DNA of 64,000 bases from the NCBI GenBank assembly GCA_036519575.1, contig DATDKZ010000162.1, positions 1,628 to 65,627 of the forward strand, written 5' to 3'. Source of the stretch: Actinomycetota bacterium. GTDB lineage: Bacteria > Actinomycetota > UBA4738 > HRBIN12. The notes under the pieces are model-generated. The model was not told the origin of the DNA. It saw nothing but the letters and a program-made list of their open reading frames with translations, and ran no database searches. The stretch's first letter is position 1. Each line of letters opens with the position of its first letter. The position numbers and the translations under genes were made by a program. Positions 47,183-58,872 of the stretch are shown piece by piece.

Positions 47183-48453
47183 GGATCCTCGTCGTCGGCG
47201 GTGGAGGGCGGGAGCACGCCATCGTGTGGCGCCTGGCCCAGAACCCAACGGTCGACCGGATCTTCGCTGCACCGGGCAACCCCGGGATCGCCGTCGATGC
47301 CACCTGCGTTCCGGTGGATCCGGACGACGTGCGCGGACTCCTCGAGCTTGTCCAGCGGGAGTCGATCGACCTCACCGTGGTGGGCCCGGAGACGCCGCTC
47401 GTGAGGGGCCTGGTGGACGAGCTGGACGCCGATGGGCACCGGGCCTTCGGCCCCACGGGGGCGGCGGCCAGGATCGAGGGATCCAAGGCGTGGGCCAAAG
47501 AGCTGTGCCACAAGTACGGGATCCCCGCCGGTCGTTCCCGGTCGTTCACCGACATGGAGGAGGCCGTCGCATATCTGGACGAGCTGGCGCCGCCCTACGT
47601 GATCAAGGCCGACGGCCTTGCCGCAGGCAAGGGTGTGGTCATCGCGGACGATCGGGGCGCCGCCGTCGCCGCTCTGCGAGCATGCCTCATCGAGCGAGCC
47701 TTCGGTGAGGCTGGGGCGGTGGTCCTGGTCGAGGAGCACCTCATCGGCAGGGAGGTCTCGGCCTTCGGGCTGACCGACGGCCGCGAGGTGGTCCCACTCG
47801 TCCTGGCCCAGGACTACAAGCGGGTCGGCAACGGCGACTCGGGACCCAACACCGGAGGTATGGGGGCCTACTCCCCGGTCCCCTGGGTCACCGAGGCAGT
47901 GGAGCGGCGAATCTGGGACGACGTGCTGGTCCGCACGGTACGGGCCATGGAGTCCGAAGGAGTCCGATACGCGGGCATGCTCTATGCCGGGCTCATGGTC
48001 ACCGAGGAGGGTCCCAAGGTCCTCGAGTTCAACTGCCGGTTCGGCGACCCCGAGACTCAGGCGATCGTCCCCCGCCTCCGTTCAGACCTCGGCGAGATGC
48101 TGCTGGCTTCGGTCGAAGGCAACATCGGCAACTACAAGGCGCTGTGGACGCCGGACGTCTGCGTCACCGTCGTGCTGGCTTCGGGGGGGTACCCGGGGCC
48201 GTACGAGACCGGCTTCGTGATCGATGGCCTCGACGAAGCAGGCGCGATCGACGACGTCGTCATCTTCCACGCCGGCACGGCGGAACGACGGGGTAGAGTG
48301 GTCACCGCGGGAGGACGGGTCCTCGCGGTGAGTGCTCTCGGGGCCACGGCGAGGGAGGCACGGGATCGCGTGTACCGGGCGTGTTCGCGCATCTCTTTCC
48401 CCGGGATGCGTTTCCGCAGGGACATCGGGGCGGACGTAACGGAGGCTGGATGA
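47179..48453 (+). CDS. purD: Phosphoribosylamine-glycine ligase
   Basis: MRILVVGGGGREHA start and ATP-grasp motifs; ATGA overlap with purA. Confidence 0.9.
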   Translation: MRILVVGGGGREHAIVWRLAQNPTVDRIFAAPGNPGIAVDATCVPVDPDDVRGLLELVQRESIDLTVVGPETPLVRGLVDELDADGHRAFGPTGAAARIEGSKAWAKELCHKYGIPAGRSRSFTDMEEAVAYLDELAPPYVIKADGLAAGKGVVIADDRGAAVAALRACLIERAFGEAGAVVLVEEHLIGREVSAFGLTDGREVVPLVLAQDYKRVGNGDSGPNTGGMGAYSPVPWVTEAVERRIWDDVLVRTVRAMESEGVRYAGMLYAGLMVTEEGPKVLEFNCRFGDPETQAIVPRLRSDLGEMLLASVEGNIGNYKALWTPDVCVTVVLASGGYPGPYETGFVIDGLDEAGAIDDVVIFHAGTAERRGRVVTAGGRVLAVSALGATAREARDRVYRACSRISFPGMRFRRDIGADVTEAG

Positions 48454-48923
48454 GAAAGGACACCGCGGTGGTCGGCGTGCTGGCCGCATCCCCCGCCGAG
48501 CTCTCCGTCATGCAGCAGGCCACGGCGATCCTGGAGAAGCTGGAGCTCCCCCACGAGATCCGAGTGATGTCATCCTCTCGCAACCCCGACCTCGTGGACG
48601 AGTACGTGCGAACGGCCTTCGATCGTGGGCTGAAGGTGCTGGTCTGCACAACCGGCATCACGGGCCATCTGGCCGCCGCCGCCGCCGCGCGTACGGTGCT
48701 CCCGGTGATCGGTGTCCCCATCGCCAGCGACCAGATGGGGGGCGAGCAGGCCCTGATGGTGACCGCGCAGATGCCGGCCGGCGTTCCGGTGGCCGCCGTG
48801 GGCGTGGATGCTGCCGTGAACGCGGCCGTGCTGGCGGCGGAGATCGTGGGGGTGGCCGAGCCGGAGATCCAGGCCCGGCTGTGGAAATTCAAGGACGACC
48901 TGGCGGAGGGCCTCAGGCTGTGA
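48450..48923 (+). CDS. purE: N5-carboxyaminoimidazole ribonucleotide mutase (PurE)
   Basis: 157 aa PurE fold (…TGHLAAAAAARTVLPVIGVP…); no purK in this window. Confidence 0.8.
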   Translation: MRKDTAVVGVLAASPAELSVMQQATAILEKLELPHEIRVMSSSRNPDLVDEYVRTAFDRGLKVLVCTTGITGHLAAAAAARTVLPVIGVPIASDQMGGEQALMVTAQMPAGVPVAAVGVDAAVNAAVLAAEIVGVAEPEIQARLWKFKDDLAEGLRL

Positions 48924-48957
48924 GGGCCGGCTCCCGCCTGCTGCGGGGTGGGCGGCC

Positions 48958-50267
<1,310 letters not shown>

Positions 50268-50271
<4 letters not shown>

Positions 50272-51170
50272 CCGAAGCTGCAAAGCTCCGGACCAGGGGC
50301 AAGGTTCGCGACATCTACGACGCGGGGGACGATCGCCTGTTGCTCGTGGCCACCGACCGTATCTCCGCGTTCGACGTCGTTCTTCCCAACCCCATCCCCG
50401 ACAAGGGCAGGGTGCTGTGCGGGCTCTCGCTGTTCTGGTTCGGCAAGACAGGGGATGTCGTCGGCAGCCACCTCCTGAGCGCCGACCGGCAGGACTTCCC
50501 CGAGCCGTTCCGGGGCGACCCGTCACTCGCCGGCCGGTCCATGCTGGTCCGCAGGGCGAAGGTGGTCCCGGTCGAGTGCGTCGCCCGGGGGTACCTGACC
50601 GGGTCGGGGCTCAAGCAGTACCTGGCCGAGGGCCACGTGTGCGGGGTGCCGCTCCCGCCGGGTCTGGGTGAGGCCGATCGGCTGCCAGAGCCCATCTTCA
50701 CGCCCACCACGAAGGCCGCGGAAGGGCACGACCTGCCGCTCACGTTCCAAGAGACCGCGGACCTGGTGGGCGAGGGCCTCGCCGAGCACCTCCGCGAGTT
50801 GACTGTTGGTCTGTACGAGCGAGGGGCGGAGATCGCGCGTGAGCGCGGCATCATCGTGGCGGACACGAAGTTCGAGTTCGGGTTCGCCGGCGGCGATCTG
50901 ATCCTGGTGGACGAGGTGCTCACACCGGACTCTTCTCGTTTCTGGCCGGCGGACGGTTACGCGCCCGGCACCCCACAACCGTCGTTCGACAAGCAGTACG
51001 TCCGGGACTGGCTCGATGCGAGCGGATGGGATCACGAGCCGCCGCCCCCGGACCTCCCGGCCGGCGTGGTCGAGCGGACTGCACGTACCTATCGGGAGGC
51101 TTACGAGCGGATCACCGACAAGAGGTTCGACTGGTACCGTCGGCGCATGGGAGTGTCTGACCGGGGATGA
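50268..51170 (+). CDS. purC: SAICAR synthetase
   Basis: GKVRDIYD…LLLVATDRISAFDVVL; GTGA overlap with purB. Confidence 0.9.
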
Positions 51171-51442
51171 AGTACCGATTCCGGGTCGTCGTGTCGTTGA
51201 AGCCGGGGCTCCTCGATCCTCAGGGCAAGGCCATCGAAGGATCCCTTCCCTCGATGGGCTGGGCCAATGCCTCGAACGTGCGCGTGGGCAAGTACGTGGA
51301 GCTCGTGGTGGACGCGGGAACGGAAGCGGCGGCCGCCTCGCAAGTGGATGAGATGGCGCGGCGACTCCTGTCGAACCCAGTGATCGAGAACTATCGCATC
51401 GTGGGGTCGGCCACCGAGCTTCGGTTCGAGGACGTTCAATGA
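51167..51442 (+). CDS. purS: FGAM synthase PurS subunit
   Basis: 91 aa MKYRFRVVVSLKPGLLDPQGKAIEGSL…. Confidence 0.85.
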   Translation: MKYRFRVVVSLKPGLLDPQGKAIEGSLPSMGWANASNVRVGKYVELVVDAGTEAAAASQVDEMARRLLSNPVIENYRIVGSATELRFEDVQ

Positions 51443-52149
51443 GCGCGGGCACGCCCAGGGTGGGCGTGGTGACGTTCCCCGGCTCCCTTGACGATCGGGA
51501 CGCGGTTCGCGCCATTGCGTTCATGGGTGGCATCGGCGTGACGTTGTGGCACGCCGATCGCGATCTTCGCCGTGTTGATGCCGTCATTTTGCCCGGCGGG
51601 TTCTCCTACGGTGACTACCTGCGGACCGGCGCACTGGCCCGATTCGCCCCGATCATGGACGAGGTCCGAGCCTTCGCCGACCGGGGCGGGCCGGTGGTCG
51701 GCATCTGCAACGGCTTCCAGATCCTGTGCGAGGCCGGGCTGCTGTCGGGAGCCCTGATCCGTAACCGCTGGCTTCGATTCGTGTGCCGGTTCGTGGACGT
51801 GCGGGTCGAGACCTCGCTCTCCCCGCTCACCGAGGGACTGGTTCCCGGCGAGGTGCTGCGGATCCCCGTGAAGCACGGGGAGGGGCAATTCACTGCTCGC
51901 CCAGAGGACCTCGCCCGGATCGAGGCCGAGGCGCTGGTCACGTTTCGATACTGCGGTCCAGGTGGAGAGCTCGACGACGAGCACAACGTGAACGGGAGCG
52001 CTGGCTCGATCGCGGGGATCAGGAACCCGCAGGGCAACGTGGTCGGGCTCATGCCGCACCCGGAGCACGCCGTCGATCCCGACGTCGGGTCCACGGGGGG
52101 TCAACCCCTCTTCGCCTCGCTCCTCGCGTACGCGCTCGCCAGGGTGTGA
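51439..52149 (+). CDS. purQ: FGAM synthase glutaminase subunit PurQ
   Basis: Class I GATase with the Cys in GICNGFQIL and the His/Glu dyad. Confidence 0.9.
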   Translation: MSAGTPRVGVVTFPGSLDDRDAVRAIAFMGGIGVTLWHADRDLRRVDAVILPGGFSYGDYLRTGALARFAPIMDEVRAFADRGGPVVGICNGFQILCEAGLLSGALIRNRWLRFVCRFVDVRVETSLSPLTEGLVPGEVLRIPVKHGEGQFTARPEDLARIEAEALVTFRYCGPGGELDDEHNVNGSAGSIAGIRNPQGNVVGLMPHPEHAVDPDVGSTGGQPLFASLLAYALARV

Positions 52150-52150
52150 G

Positions 52151-54352
52151 GTGAAGGTCGTCCAGCCGCTTCATCGCGCCCTGGGCCTGACCGACGAGGA
52201 GCTCGACCGGATCCACGCGACGCTCGGTCGCGACCCCAACCGAACCGAGCTGGCGATGTACGCGGCCATGTGGTCGGAGCACTGCTCGTACAAGTCGAGC
52301 AAGGTCCACCTTCGCACCCTGCCCACCGAAGGACCGCGGGTGCTGGTGGGCCCGGGACAGGACGCCGGCGCCGTGGACATCGGGGAAGGCCTGGCCGCGG
52401 TGTTCAAGATGGAGTCGCATTCGCATCCATCCGCCGTCGAGCCTTATCAGGGCGCCGCCACCGGGGTGGGCGGCATCGTCCGAGACATCGTGTCGATGGG
52501 AGCCCGGCCCGTTGCGCTCCTCGATCCCCTCCGGTTCGGACCGCTCACCGAGGAGCGCAACCGGGTCCTGTTCGCCGGCGTGGTTGCCGGGATCGGCGGC
52601 TACGGCAACTGCATCGGGGTGCCGACGGTGGGGGGCGAGATTCGCTTCGCCGAGCCCCACTCGTCGAATCCCACGGTGAATGTGATGTGCGTGGGGGTGG
52701 CGCCGGCCGACAGGCTGGTGACGAGGGCGAACGAGGTGCGCGAGGGATCGAGGTTGCTCCTGATCGGCGCCGCCACCGGCCGGGACGGGATCGGCGGCGT
52801 TTCGGTGCTCGCGTCGCGAACCATCGAGGATCAGGCGGCGGACGCCCGACCGAGCGTACAGATCGGCGACCCCTTCGCCGGGAAGCTGCTGATCGAGACC
52901 TGTCTGGAGCTCGTCGAGGGCGGACTGCTGCTTGGTCTGCAGGATCTGGGCGGAGCCGGGCTGACCTGCGCGGCCAGCGAGACCGCGTCCGGGGCGGGAA
53001 TGGGGGCGGAGCTGGACCTGGACGCCGTTCCACTCCGTGAGGCGGGCCTCGAGCCGTTCGAGATCCTGACGAGCGAGTCCCAGGAACGGATGCTCGCGGT
53101 GGTGGATCCCTCCCGGCTCGACGAGGTCCGGGGCGTCTGCGAGAAGTGGGGCCTGACCTCCGCGGTCGTGGGAACGCTGGTGGACGGCGGCCGGCTCGCC
53201 GTCCGCATGGGGGGAGCGATCGTCGCCGATGTACCGGCCCGGTCCCTGTCGGACGATGGACCGGCCTACGACCGACGCAGGGAGCGGCCGGCTGGGCGGC
53301 ACGAGATCCTGGAGGACGATCCCACGTTCGCTCCCGTCGATACCGACCCACGGGACGCGTTCCTCGCCGTCCTGTCCTCGCCGAACGTGGCGTCGAAGCG
53401 GTGGGCGTTCGAACAGTACGACCAACTCGTGCAAGGGGCCACGGTGGCGCCTCCCGGCAGCGACGCCGCCGTGATCCGCATCGAGGGGACGTTGAGGGCC
53501 TTGGCGCTCTCCTGCGACGGCAACGGCCGGTTCGGGCATCTCGACCCATACCTCGGGGCGGCCCACGCGGTGGCCGAAGCCGCACGGAACGTGGCGGTTG
53601 TGGGCGCCACTCCTCTGGCCATCACGAACTGCATGAACTTCGGCAACCCAGAACGGCCCGAGGTGATGTGGGAGTTCGCCGAGTCGATCCGGGGGATGGC
53701 GGACGCTTGCCGGGGGCTCGGCACCCCCGTGACCGGGGGGAACGTGAGCTTCTACAACGAGTCGGGCGGATCCGCGATCTGGCCCACGCCGATCGTGGGC
53801 ATGCTCGGGCTCATCGAGGATTACCGGTTGCTCGTGCAACCGGGCTTCCCAAGTGCTGGGCTCCTCGTCTATCTGTTGGGGGAGACGTTTCCCGAGCTCG
53901 GGGGCTCGGAGTTCGCCCAGGTCGCGCTTCGGAGCGTCTCCGGGCATCCACCGGCCCTCGACCTGGCCCGGGAGGCCTCGCTCCATCAGATGCTGCTGGA
54001 GGCGGCCCGGGGTGATCTCCTGGCCTCGGCTCACGACTGTTCCGATGGAGGCCTTGCCGTCGCCTTGGCCGAGTCGGCCCTTGCCGGGGACACCGGGTTC
54101 GCGGTATCGCTTCCCGGGGACGAACCCTGGTACGTCGCGCTGTTCTCCGAATCGGCATCGCGTGCGGTCGTCTCGGTGGCCCCCGAGAAGGCGGAGGCCG
54201 TGGAAGCCCTGGCGTCGGCACATCACCTGCCGCTCTCGCGCCTTGGCGAGACCGGCGGACCCGGGATGGTTTTCGACTCGCTCCTTGAGATCACGGTCGA
54301 GGACGCGCGCTCCGCCCACGAAGGCGCGATCCCAAAGCTGCTCGCGGGCTGA
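52151..54352 (+). CDS. purL: FGAM synthase large subunit PurL
   Basis: 733 aa with PurM-like duplicated domains (…AMWSEHCSYKSS…). Confidence 0.9.
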   Translation: MKVVQPLHRALGLTDEELDRIHATLGRDPNRTELAMYAAMWSEHCSYKSSKVHLRTLPTEGPRVLVGPGQDAGAVDIGEGLAAVFKMESHSHPSAVEPYQGAATGVGGIVRDIVSMGARPVALLDPLRFGPLTEERNRVLFAGVVAGIGGYGNCIGVPTVGGEIRFAEPHSSNPTVNVMCVGVAPADRLVTRANEVREGSRLLLIGAATGRDGIGGVSVLASRTIEDQAADARPSVQIGDPFAGKLLIETCLELVEGGLLLGLQDLGGAGLTCAASETASGAGMGAELDLDAVPLREAGLEPFEILTSESQERMLAVVDPSRLDEVRGVCEKWGLTSAVVGTLVDGGRLAVRMGGAIVADVPARSLSDDGPAYDRRRERPAGRHEILEDDPTFAPVDTDPRDAFLAVLSSPNVASKRWAFEQYDQLVQGATVAPPGSDAAVIRIEGTLRALALSCDGNGRFGHLDPYLGAAHAVAEAARNVAVVGATPLAITNCMNFGNPERPEVMWEFAESIRGMADACRGLGTPVTGGNVSFYNESGGSAIWPTPIVGMLGLIEDYRLLVQPGFPSAGLLVYLLGETFPELGGSEFAQVALRSVSGHPPALDLAREASLHQMLLEAARGDLLASAHDCSDGGLAVALAESALAGDTGFAVSLPGDEPWYVALFSESASRAVVSVAPEKAEAVEALASAHHLPLSRLGETGGPGMVFDSLLEITVEDARSAHEGAIPKLLAG

Positions 54353-54377
54353 CGGGCCCTGTTAGCATCGCGAACAG

Positions 54378-55778
54378 GTGGGAGCGGAGAGCCCGAAGGA
54401 GGAATGCGGCCTCTTCGGCGTGTGGGCGCCGGGAGAGGACGTCTCCAGGCTCACATACTTCGGCCTCTTCGCCCAGCAGCACCGGGGACAGGAGTCGGCC
54501 GGCATGGCCGTCTCGGACGGGCAGAACCTCCTGGTCTACAAGGAGCTCGGCCTTGTTTCGCAGGTGTTCGACGAGGCCACGCTTGGAACCCTCCAAGGGG
54601 ATCTCGGCATCGGGCATACGCGGTACTCCACGACCGGCTCGACCACCTGGGAGAACGCGCAGCCCGCGTTCAAGACCGACGGTGAGCGCTCGCTGGCCCT
54701 CGGCCACAACGGCAACCTGGTCAACACGTTGGAGCTCGCGGAGCGGTCCGGTCGGGCGGCGCCAGCCACCACGGACTCGGACCTCGTCGCCGGCATCCTG
54801 GCCGGCCGTCTGGAGGCCGGCCTGTGGGAGGCGTCCTTGGCCGTGCTCCCGGATCTGCGCGGCGCGTTCTGCTTCGTGATGATGGACGAGCGGAGCGTCT
54901 ATGCCGCCCGCGATCCCCACGGCCTGCGGCCCTTGTCCATCGGAAGGCTCCCGAGCGGCTACTGCGTCGCGTCGGAGACGTGCGCGCTCGACATCGTCGG
55001 GGCAACCTTCATCCGTGACGTCGAGCCCGGCGAACTGATCAGGTTCGACGACCGGGGACCCCGATCCGCCCGCTTCGCGGAGAGTCCGCGGAAGGCGCTG
55101 TGTATCTTCGAGTTCGTGTATTTGGCCCGGGCGGACTCCCGGATCCAGGGGGCCACGGTGCACGAGGTTCGGCGCACGCTCGGCCGGCGCCTGGCGATGG
55201 AGGCGCCGGCCGACGCCGACATGGTGATGCCCGTCCCGGACACCGCCCACTCGGCCGCGCAGGGGTACGCGGAGGTCTCGGGCATCCCGTACGGCGAGGG
55301 CCTGATGAAGAACCGTTATGTAGGCCGAACCTTCATCCAGCCGTCCCAATCGCTTCGAGAGCGCGGTGTGAAGCTCAAGCTGAATCCGATCCCCGACGCC
55401 ATTCGGGGAAAGCGCCTGGTGGTGATCGACGACTCGATCGTGCGAGGCACGACGACCCGCCAGATCGTGCAGGCCCTCCGGGAGGCCGGTGCGGCGGAGG
55501 TGCACACCCGGATCACCTGCCCGCCGATCCAATGGCCGTGTTTCTACGGCATCGACATGCCCACCCGATACGAGCTGGTCGCCTCGGACCTGTCAGTGGA
55601 GGAGATCAGGCAGTTCGTGGGCGCCGACTCGCTCGGCTACCTGTCGCTCGATGGGATGGTGGCGGCGACCGGGGCTCCCGGAGGGGACTTCTGTCGGGCC
55701 TGCTTCGACGGCGAGTACCCGATCGAGGTTCCCGAGGGCGCGGGCAAGTTCCTGCTGGAGCAGCCCGCCAGGTCGTGA
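54378..55778 (+). CDS. purF: Amidophosphoribosyltransferase with short propeptide
   Basis: …SPKEECGLFGV gives the catalytic N-terminal Cys after a propeptide; PRT motif VVIDDSIVRGTT; Fe-S Cys ligands at the C-terminus. Confidence 0.9.
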   Translation: MGAESPKEECGLFGVWAPGEDVSRLTYFGLFAQQHRGQESAGMAVSDGQNLLVYKELGLVSQVFDEATLGTLQGDLGIGHTRYSTTGSTTWENAQPAFKTDGERSLALGHNGNLVNTLELAERSGRAAPATTDSDLVAGILAGRLEAGLWEASLAVLPDLRGAFCFVMMDERSVYAARDPHGLRPLSIGRLPSGYCVASETCALDIVGATFIRDVEPGELIRFDDRGPRSARFAESPRKALCIFEFVYLARADSRIQGATVHEVRRTLGRRLAMEAPADADMVMPVPDTAHSAAQGYAEVSGIPYGEGLMKNRYVGRTFIQPSQSLRERGVKLKLNPIPDAIRGKRLVVIDDSIVRGTTTRQIVQALREAGAAEVHTRITCPPIQWPCFYGIDMPTRYELVASDLSVEEIRQFVGADSLGYLSLDGMVAATGAPGGDFCRACFDGEYPIEVPEGAGKFLLEQPARS

Positions 55779-56788
55779 GCGGCGCCTACCGCAGGGCGGG
55801 CGTCGACCTGGAGGCTGCGGGCAGAGCCGTGACGCTCATCCGAGAGCTGGCCAAGAGCGCGACGCGGCCCGAAGTCCTCGAGGGGGTCGGCGGCTTCGCC
55901 GGGCTGTTCCGGATCGGGGAGGGACGGTACCTCGCCGCCGCCACGGACGGGATAGGGACGAAGCTCGACGTGGCGCGGATGGCCGATCGCCTGTCCACGG
56001 TCGGTATCGACCTCGTAGCCATGTGCGCCGACGACGTGGCGTGCACTGGGGCCGAGCCGCTCTTCTTCCTCGACTACCTGGCGACGGGGAACCTCGTCCC
56101 GGAAGAGGCCGCGGCCATCGTCGAAGGGATCGCCGAGGGCTGCCGGCGTGCCGGGTGTGCGCTCCTCGGCGGCGAGACGGCCGAGCATCCCGGCGTGATG
56201 GCCGAGCGGCAGCTCGACCTGGCGGGGTTCTGCGTGGGGGTCGTCGACGACGAGGGGCTGATCGGGCCTCACCGCGTCCTCGAGGGCGATGTGCTGGTCG
56301 GCCTGGCCTCGAGCGGCGTGCACGCGAACGGATTCAGCCTGATCCGTTCCGCGCTCCTGGTGGAAGGTCCGCAGATGCTCGACGCCGTGCCGGACGGCTT
56401 CCACCGATCCCTGGCCGACGAGCTGCTCGAGCCGACGGTGATCTACGCGCCACTCGTCGTGTCGCTCGCGCGCGGCGGACTGGTGCACGCGGCCGCGCAC
56501 GTGACCGGAGGCGGCCTTCCGGAGAACGTACCTCGTGCCCTCCCCGGTGGACTTGGGGCCGAGATCGATCTCGGCAGCTGGGCCGTTCCCGCGATCTTCG
56601 AGCTGGTACGCACGGCGGCGGACGTATCGGACAACGACATGTTCGCCACGTTCAACATGGGCGTGGGAATGGTGCTCGTGGTGCCGCCGAGCCGGGCGGA
56701 CGACGTGATCGGGCAGGCCGCCGACGCCGGCATCCAGGCCTTTGGGATCGGGCGCGTGGGCGTGGGACCTGGGCTCTCCCTGCGTTAG
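55775..56788 (+). CDS. purM: AIR synthetase (phosphoribosylformylglycinamidine cyclo-ligase)
   Basis: GTGA overlap with purF; YRRAGVDLEAAG…GGFAGLF motifs. Confidence 0.9.
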   Translation: MSGAYRRAGVDLEAAGRAVTLIRELAKSATRPEVLEGVGGFAGLFRIGEGRYLAAATDGIGTKLDVARMADRLSTVGIDLVAMCADDVACTGAEPLFFLDYLATGNLVPEEAAAIVEGIAEGCRRAGCALLGGETAEHPGVMAERQLDLAGFCVGVVDDEGLIGPHRVLEGDVLVGLASSGVHANGFSLIRSALLVEGPQMLDAVPDGFHRSLADELLEPTVIYAPLVVSLARGGLVHAAAHVTGGGLPENVPRALPGGLGAEIDLGSWAVPAIFELVRTAADVSDNDMFATFNMGVGMVLVVPPSRADDVIGQAADAGIQAFGIGRVGVGPGLSLR

Positions 56789-56898
56789 CCAAGAAGGACT
56801 ACGACCATCTGTCTCCGGGTCTACTTCGACCGGTCCTTGAAAAACGGTAGCCCGGGCGATTCCGGCGATGGATACACCTGCCTACCCTCGAATCCGGG

Positions 56899-57282
56899 AT
56901 GGATGCGCCCGTGCAGACCAGCGTGCTCGTCGTCGACGACGAACCCCAAGTCGTCTGGATGCTCCAGTTCAGCCTGGAGGCCGAGGGGTTCCAGACCTTC
57001 GCCGCGCGTGACGGCCGGACGGCCCTCGACGAGCTCCGCGAGCATCGCCCGCAGCTCATGCTCTTGGACATCATGATGCCGGTCATGGACGGCTGGAGCG
57101 TGCTCCAGGAGATCCGGGACCTCCCCGAGACCGAACGCCCCCGCGTGGTCGTGGTCTCGGCGCGGGCAACCCTTCGCGACCGGGCCAAGGCCGCCGAGCT
57201 CGGGGCCATCGCATTCGTGGCCAAGCCGTTCAACGTCGATGACTTGCTGGGCGTCCTCAACCGACTGAAGAAGGCCAGCTAG
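56899..57282 (+). CDS. Single-domain CheY-like response regulator (orphan)
   Basis: 127 aa REC only: VLVVDDEPQ…LMLLDIMMPVMDGW…KPF. Confidence 0.75.
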   Translation: MDAPVQTSVLVVDDEPQVVWMLQFSLEAEGFQTFAARDGRTALDELREHRPQLMLLDIMMPVMDGWSVLQEIRDLPETERPRVVVVSARATLRDRAKAAELGAIAFVAKPFNVDDLLGVLNRLKKAS

Positions 57283-57300
57283 GTCGTTCGCGCGTACGGC

Positions 57301-57702
57301 TCAGCGCGGGAAGCGCTGGTGGTCCTTCGGCACGACCGTCGTCCCCACGGCCCTGCACGTTAGGATGGGTTCTTGCAGGAACTCCGCGGCGGACTCGGAC
57401 ACGTCGGACCGGGGCCCACCGATCTTCCACACCTCGAACTCGCACCGTCGCGATGTGGTTCCCACCGACACGATCCGGCCATTCGCCTCGATCCAGTCTC
57501 CCGCGAACAGCGGATGGAGGAACTCGACCGACTCATAGGCGCGGAACAGGCCCTCGTCGCCGTCGTAGCGCATGGCCAGCTCGGTGATGAGGTCGCCGAT
57601 CACCTCGAGCTGCTTGGCCCCGGCCACCAGGTTGCCACCGTAGTGCGAGTCCTCGTTTCCCAGTCGGCGGCGGATGAAGGCGGTGGGAAGCTCTTCGGCC
57701 AT
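57301..57702 (-). CDS. Hotdog-fold protein (PaaI/4HBT thioesterase-like or 3-aminobutyryl-CoA ammonia-lyase-like)
   Basis: 133 aa. HYGG…A(x6)GD motif and central AxGxVVxxGRR strand pattern typical of hotdog thioesterases. RBS GGGGAGGT lies 10 nt upstream of the ATG. Confidence 0.5.
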   Translation of the reverse strand: MAEELPTAFIRRRLGNEDSHYGGNLVAGAKQLEVIGDLITELAMRYDGDEGLFRAYESVEFLHPLFAGDWIEANGRIVSVGTTSRRCEFEVWKIGGPRSDVSESAAEFLQEPILTCRAVGTTVVPKDHQRFPR

Positions 57703-57720
57703 CGGCTGTGACCTCCCCAC

Positions 57721-57930
57721 CTAGCGAGAGACGACCTTGCCGAAGCGCACGCCGCGCCTCGGCACCCGGGCCAGCTCGCCGTCCTTCCTCCGAACCAGGT
57801 ACGTCTCGGCGGCCTCATCGTAGGCCACGAGGATCCCCACGACCTCGCCCACATAGCCGTTGGGGAGCTCGAACTGGAACGAGACGCGAGTACCGATGTC
57901 ATCCGGCGACACCTGGTTCGGGGCCTTCAT
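57721..57930 (-). CDS. Small hypothetical beta-rich protein (69 aa)
   Basis: ORF packed between the binding-fold gene and the hotdog gene (24-nt and 18-nt gaps); no Shine-Dalgarno seen; weak resemblance to Tudor/KOW-like small domains. Confidence 0.35.
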   Translation of the reverse strand: MKAPNQVSPDDIGTRVSFQFELPNGYVGEVVGILVAYDEAAETYLVRRKDGELARVPRRGVRFGKVVSR

Positions 57931-57954
57931 CGCCGGGAGGATACCGGACCTCGC

Positions 57955-58872
57955 TTACGGCTCGACGCGGGTGATCGATCCGTCCGGCGGCTCGGGGAAG
58001 GCCTGCGGGTGCACGGCCCAGGCCAGGATCTCCAGGCCATCGACGATCCGCGGCCCGGGGCGGGAGAAGAACGAGGTCGCGTCGACCGCGAACACCGTCC
58101 CCTCACGAGCCGCCGGGGTCTCGACGAATTCGGCGTTGCGGTAGAGCTGGGCGGCCTCCCCCTCCGCCTCCTCCAGGTAGTAGCCGCAGGGCATGAACAC
58201 CACGACCTCGGGGTTGGCATCCCGGATCTCCCGCCAGGTCACCACCCGGGAGGGGTGTTCCTTCTCGGTCAGCAGGTTCACCCCGCCGACCGTCTCCACC
58301 ATGTCGGGGACCCAATGGCCCGCGGCGAACGGCGGATCGAGCCACTCCTGGCACAGGACCCGGATCGAGGGGAGTCGGACCGCCTTGGCCCGTACCGCTT
58401 CGACACGAGCGCGGAGCGCGCCGACGATCTCGTCGGCGCGCTCCGCCCTTCCAAGCGTTGTGCCCACCGCCCGGATACCTTCCAGCACCTCGTCGAACGT
58501 GTGCGGATCGAGCGAGAGGACCTTCGCATCGCGAACGCCGATCTCCTCGAGCGCCTCCTGCACCTGTCCGCTGGGGACGGCGCACACGCGGCAGAGGTCT
58601 TGCGTCAGGATCACGTCCGGCTCGAGCTGTTGGATCAGCTCCTTCTCCAGGACGTAGATCGGCTCCTGGCGGTCCATCCGGTCTCGGACCTCCTCGTCGA
58701 TCTCGCGGGAGGAGAGCGGCCGTCCCTGAGGGAGCGCGCTCTTCACCACCACGGGCTTGGAAGTGGCCTCGGGCGGGTAGTCGCATTCGTACGTCACCCC
58801 GACGAGATCGTCGCCCAGGCCCAGCGCGTACACGATCTCCGTGGCGGAGGGCAGGAGCGACACGATCCTCAT
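57955..58872 (-). CDS. Cytoplasmic periplasmic-binding-protein-fold protein (TroA/BtuF class III-like, no signal peptide)
   Basis: 305 aa. N-terminal MRIVSLLPSATEIVYALGL…LVGVT is the class III SBP signature but without leader or lipobox. ATGA overlap with the E2 gene. Confidence 0.6.
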   Translation of the reverse strand: MRIVSLLPSATEIVYALGLGDDLVGVTYECDYPPEATSKPVVVKSALPQGRPLSSREIDEEVRDRMDRQEPIYVLEKELIQQLEPDVILTQDLCRVCAVPSGQVQEALEEIGVRDAKVLSLDPHTFDEVLEGIRAVGTTLGRAERADEIVGALRARVEAVRAKAVRLPSIRVLCQEWLDPPFAAGHWVPDMVETVGGVNLLTEKEHPSRVVTWREIRDANPEVVVFMPCGYYLEEAEGEAAQLYRNAEFVETPAAREGTVFAVDATSFFSRPGPRIVDGLEILAWAVHPQAFPEPPDGSITRVEP

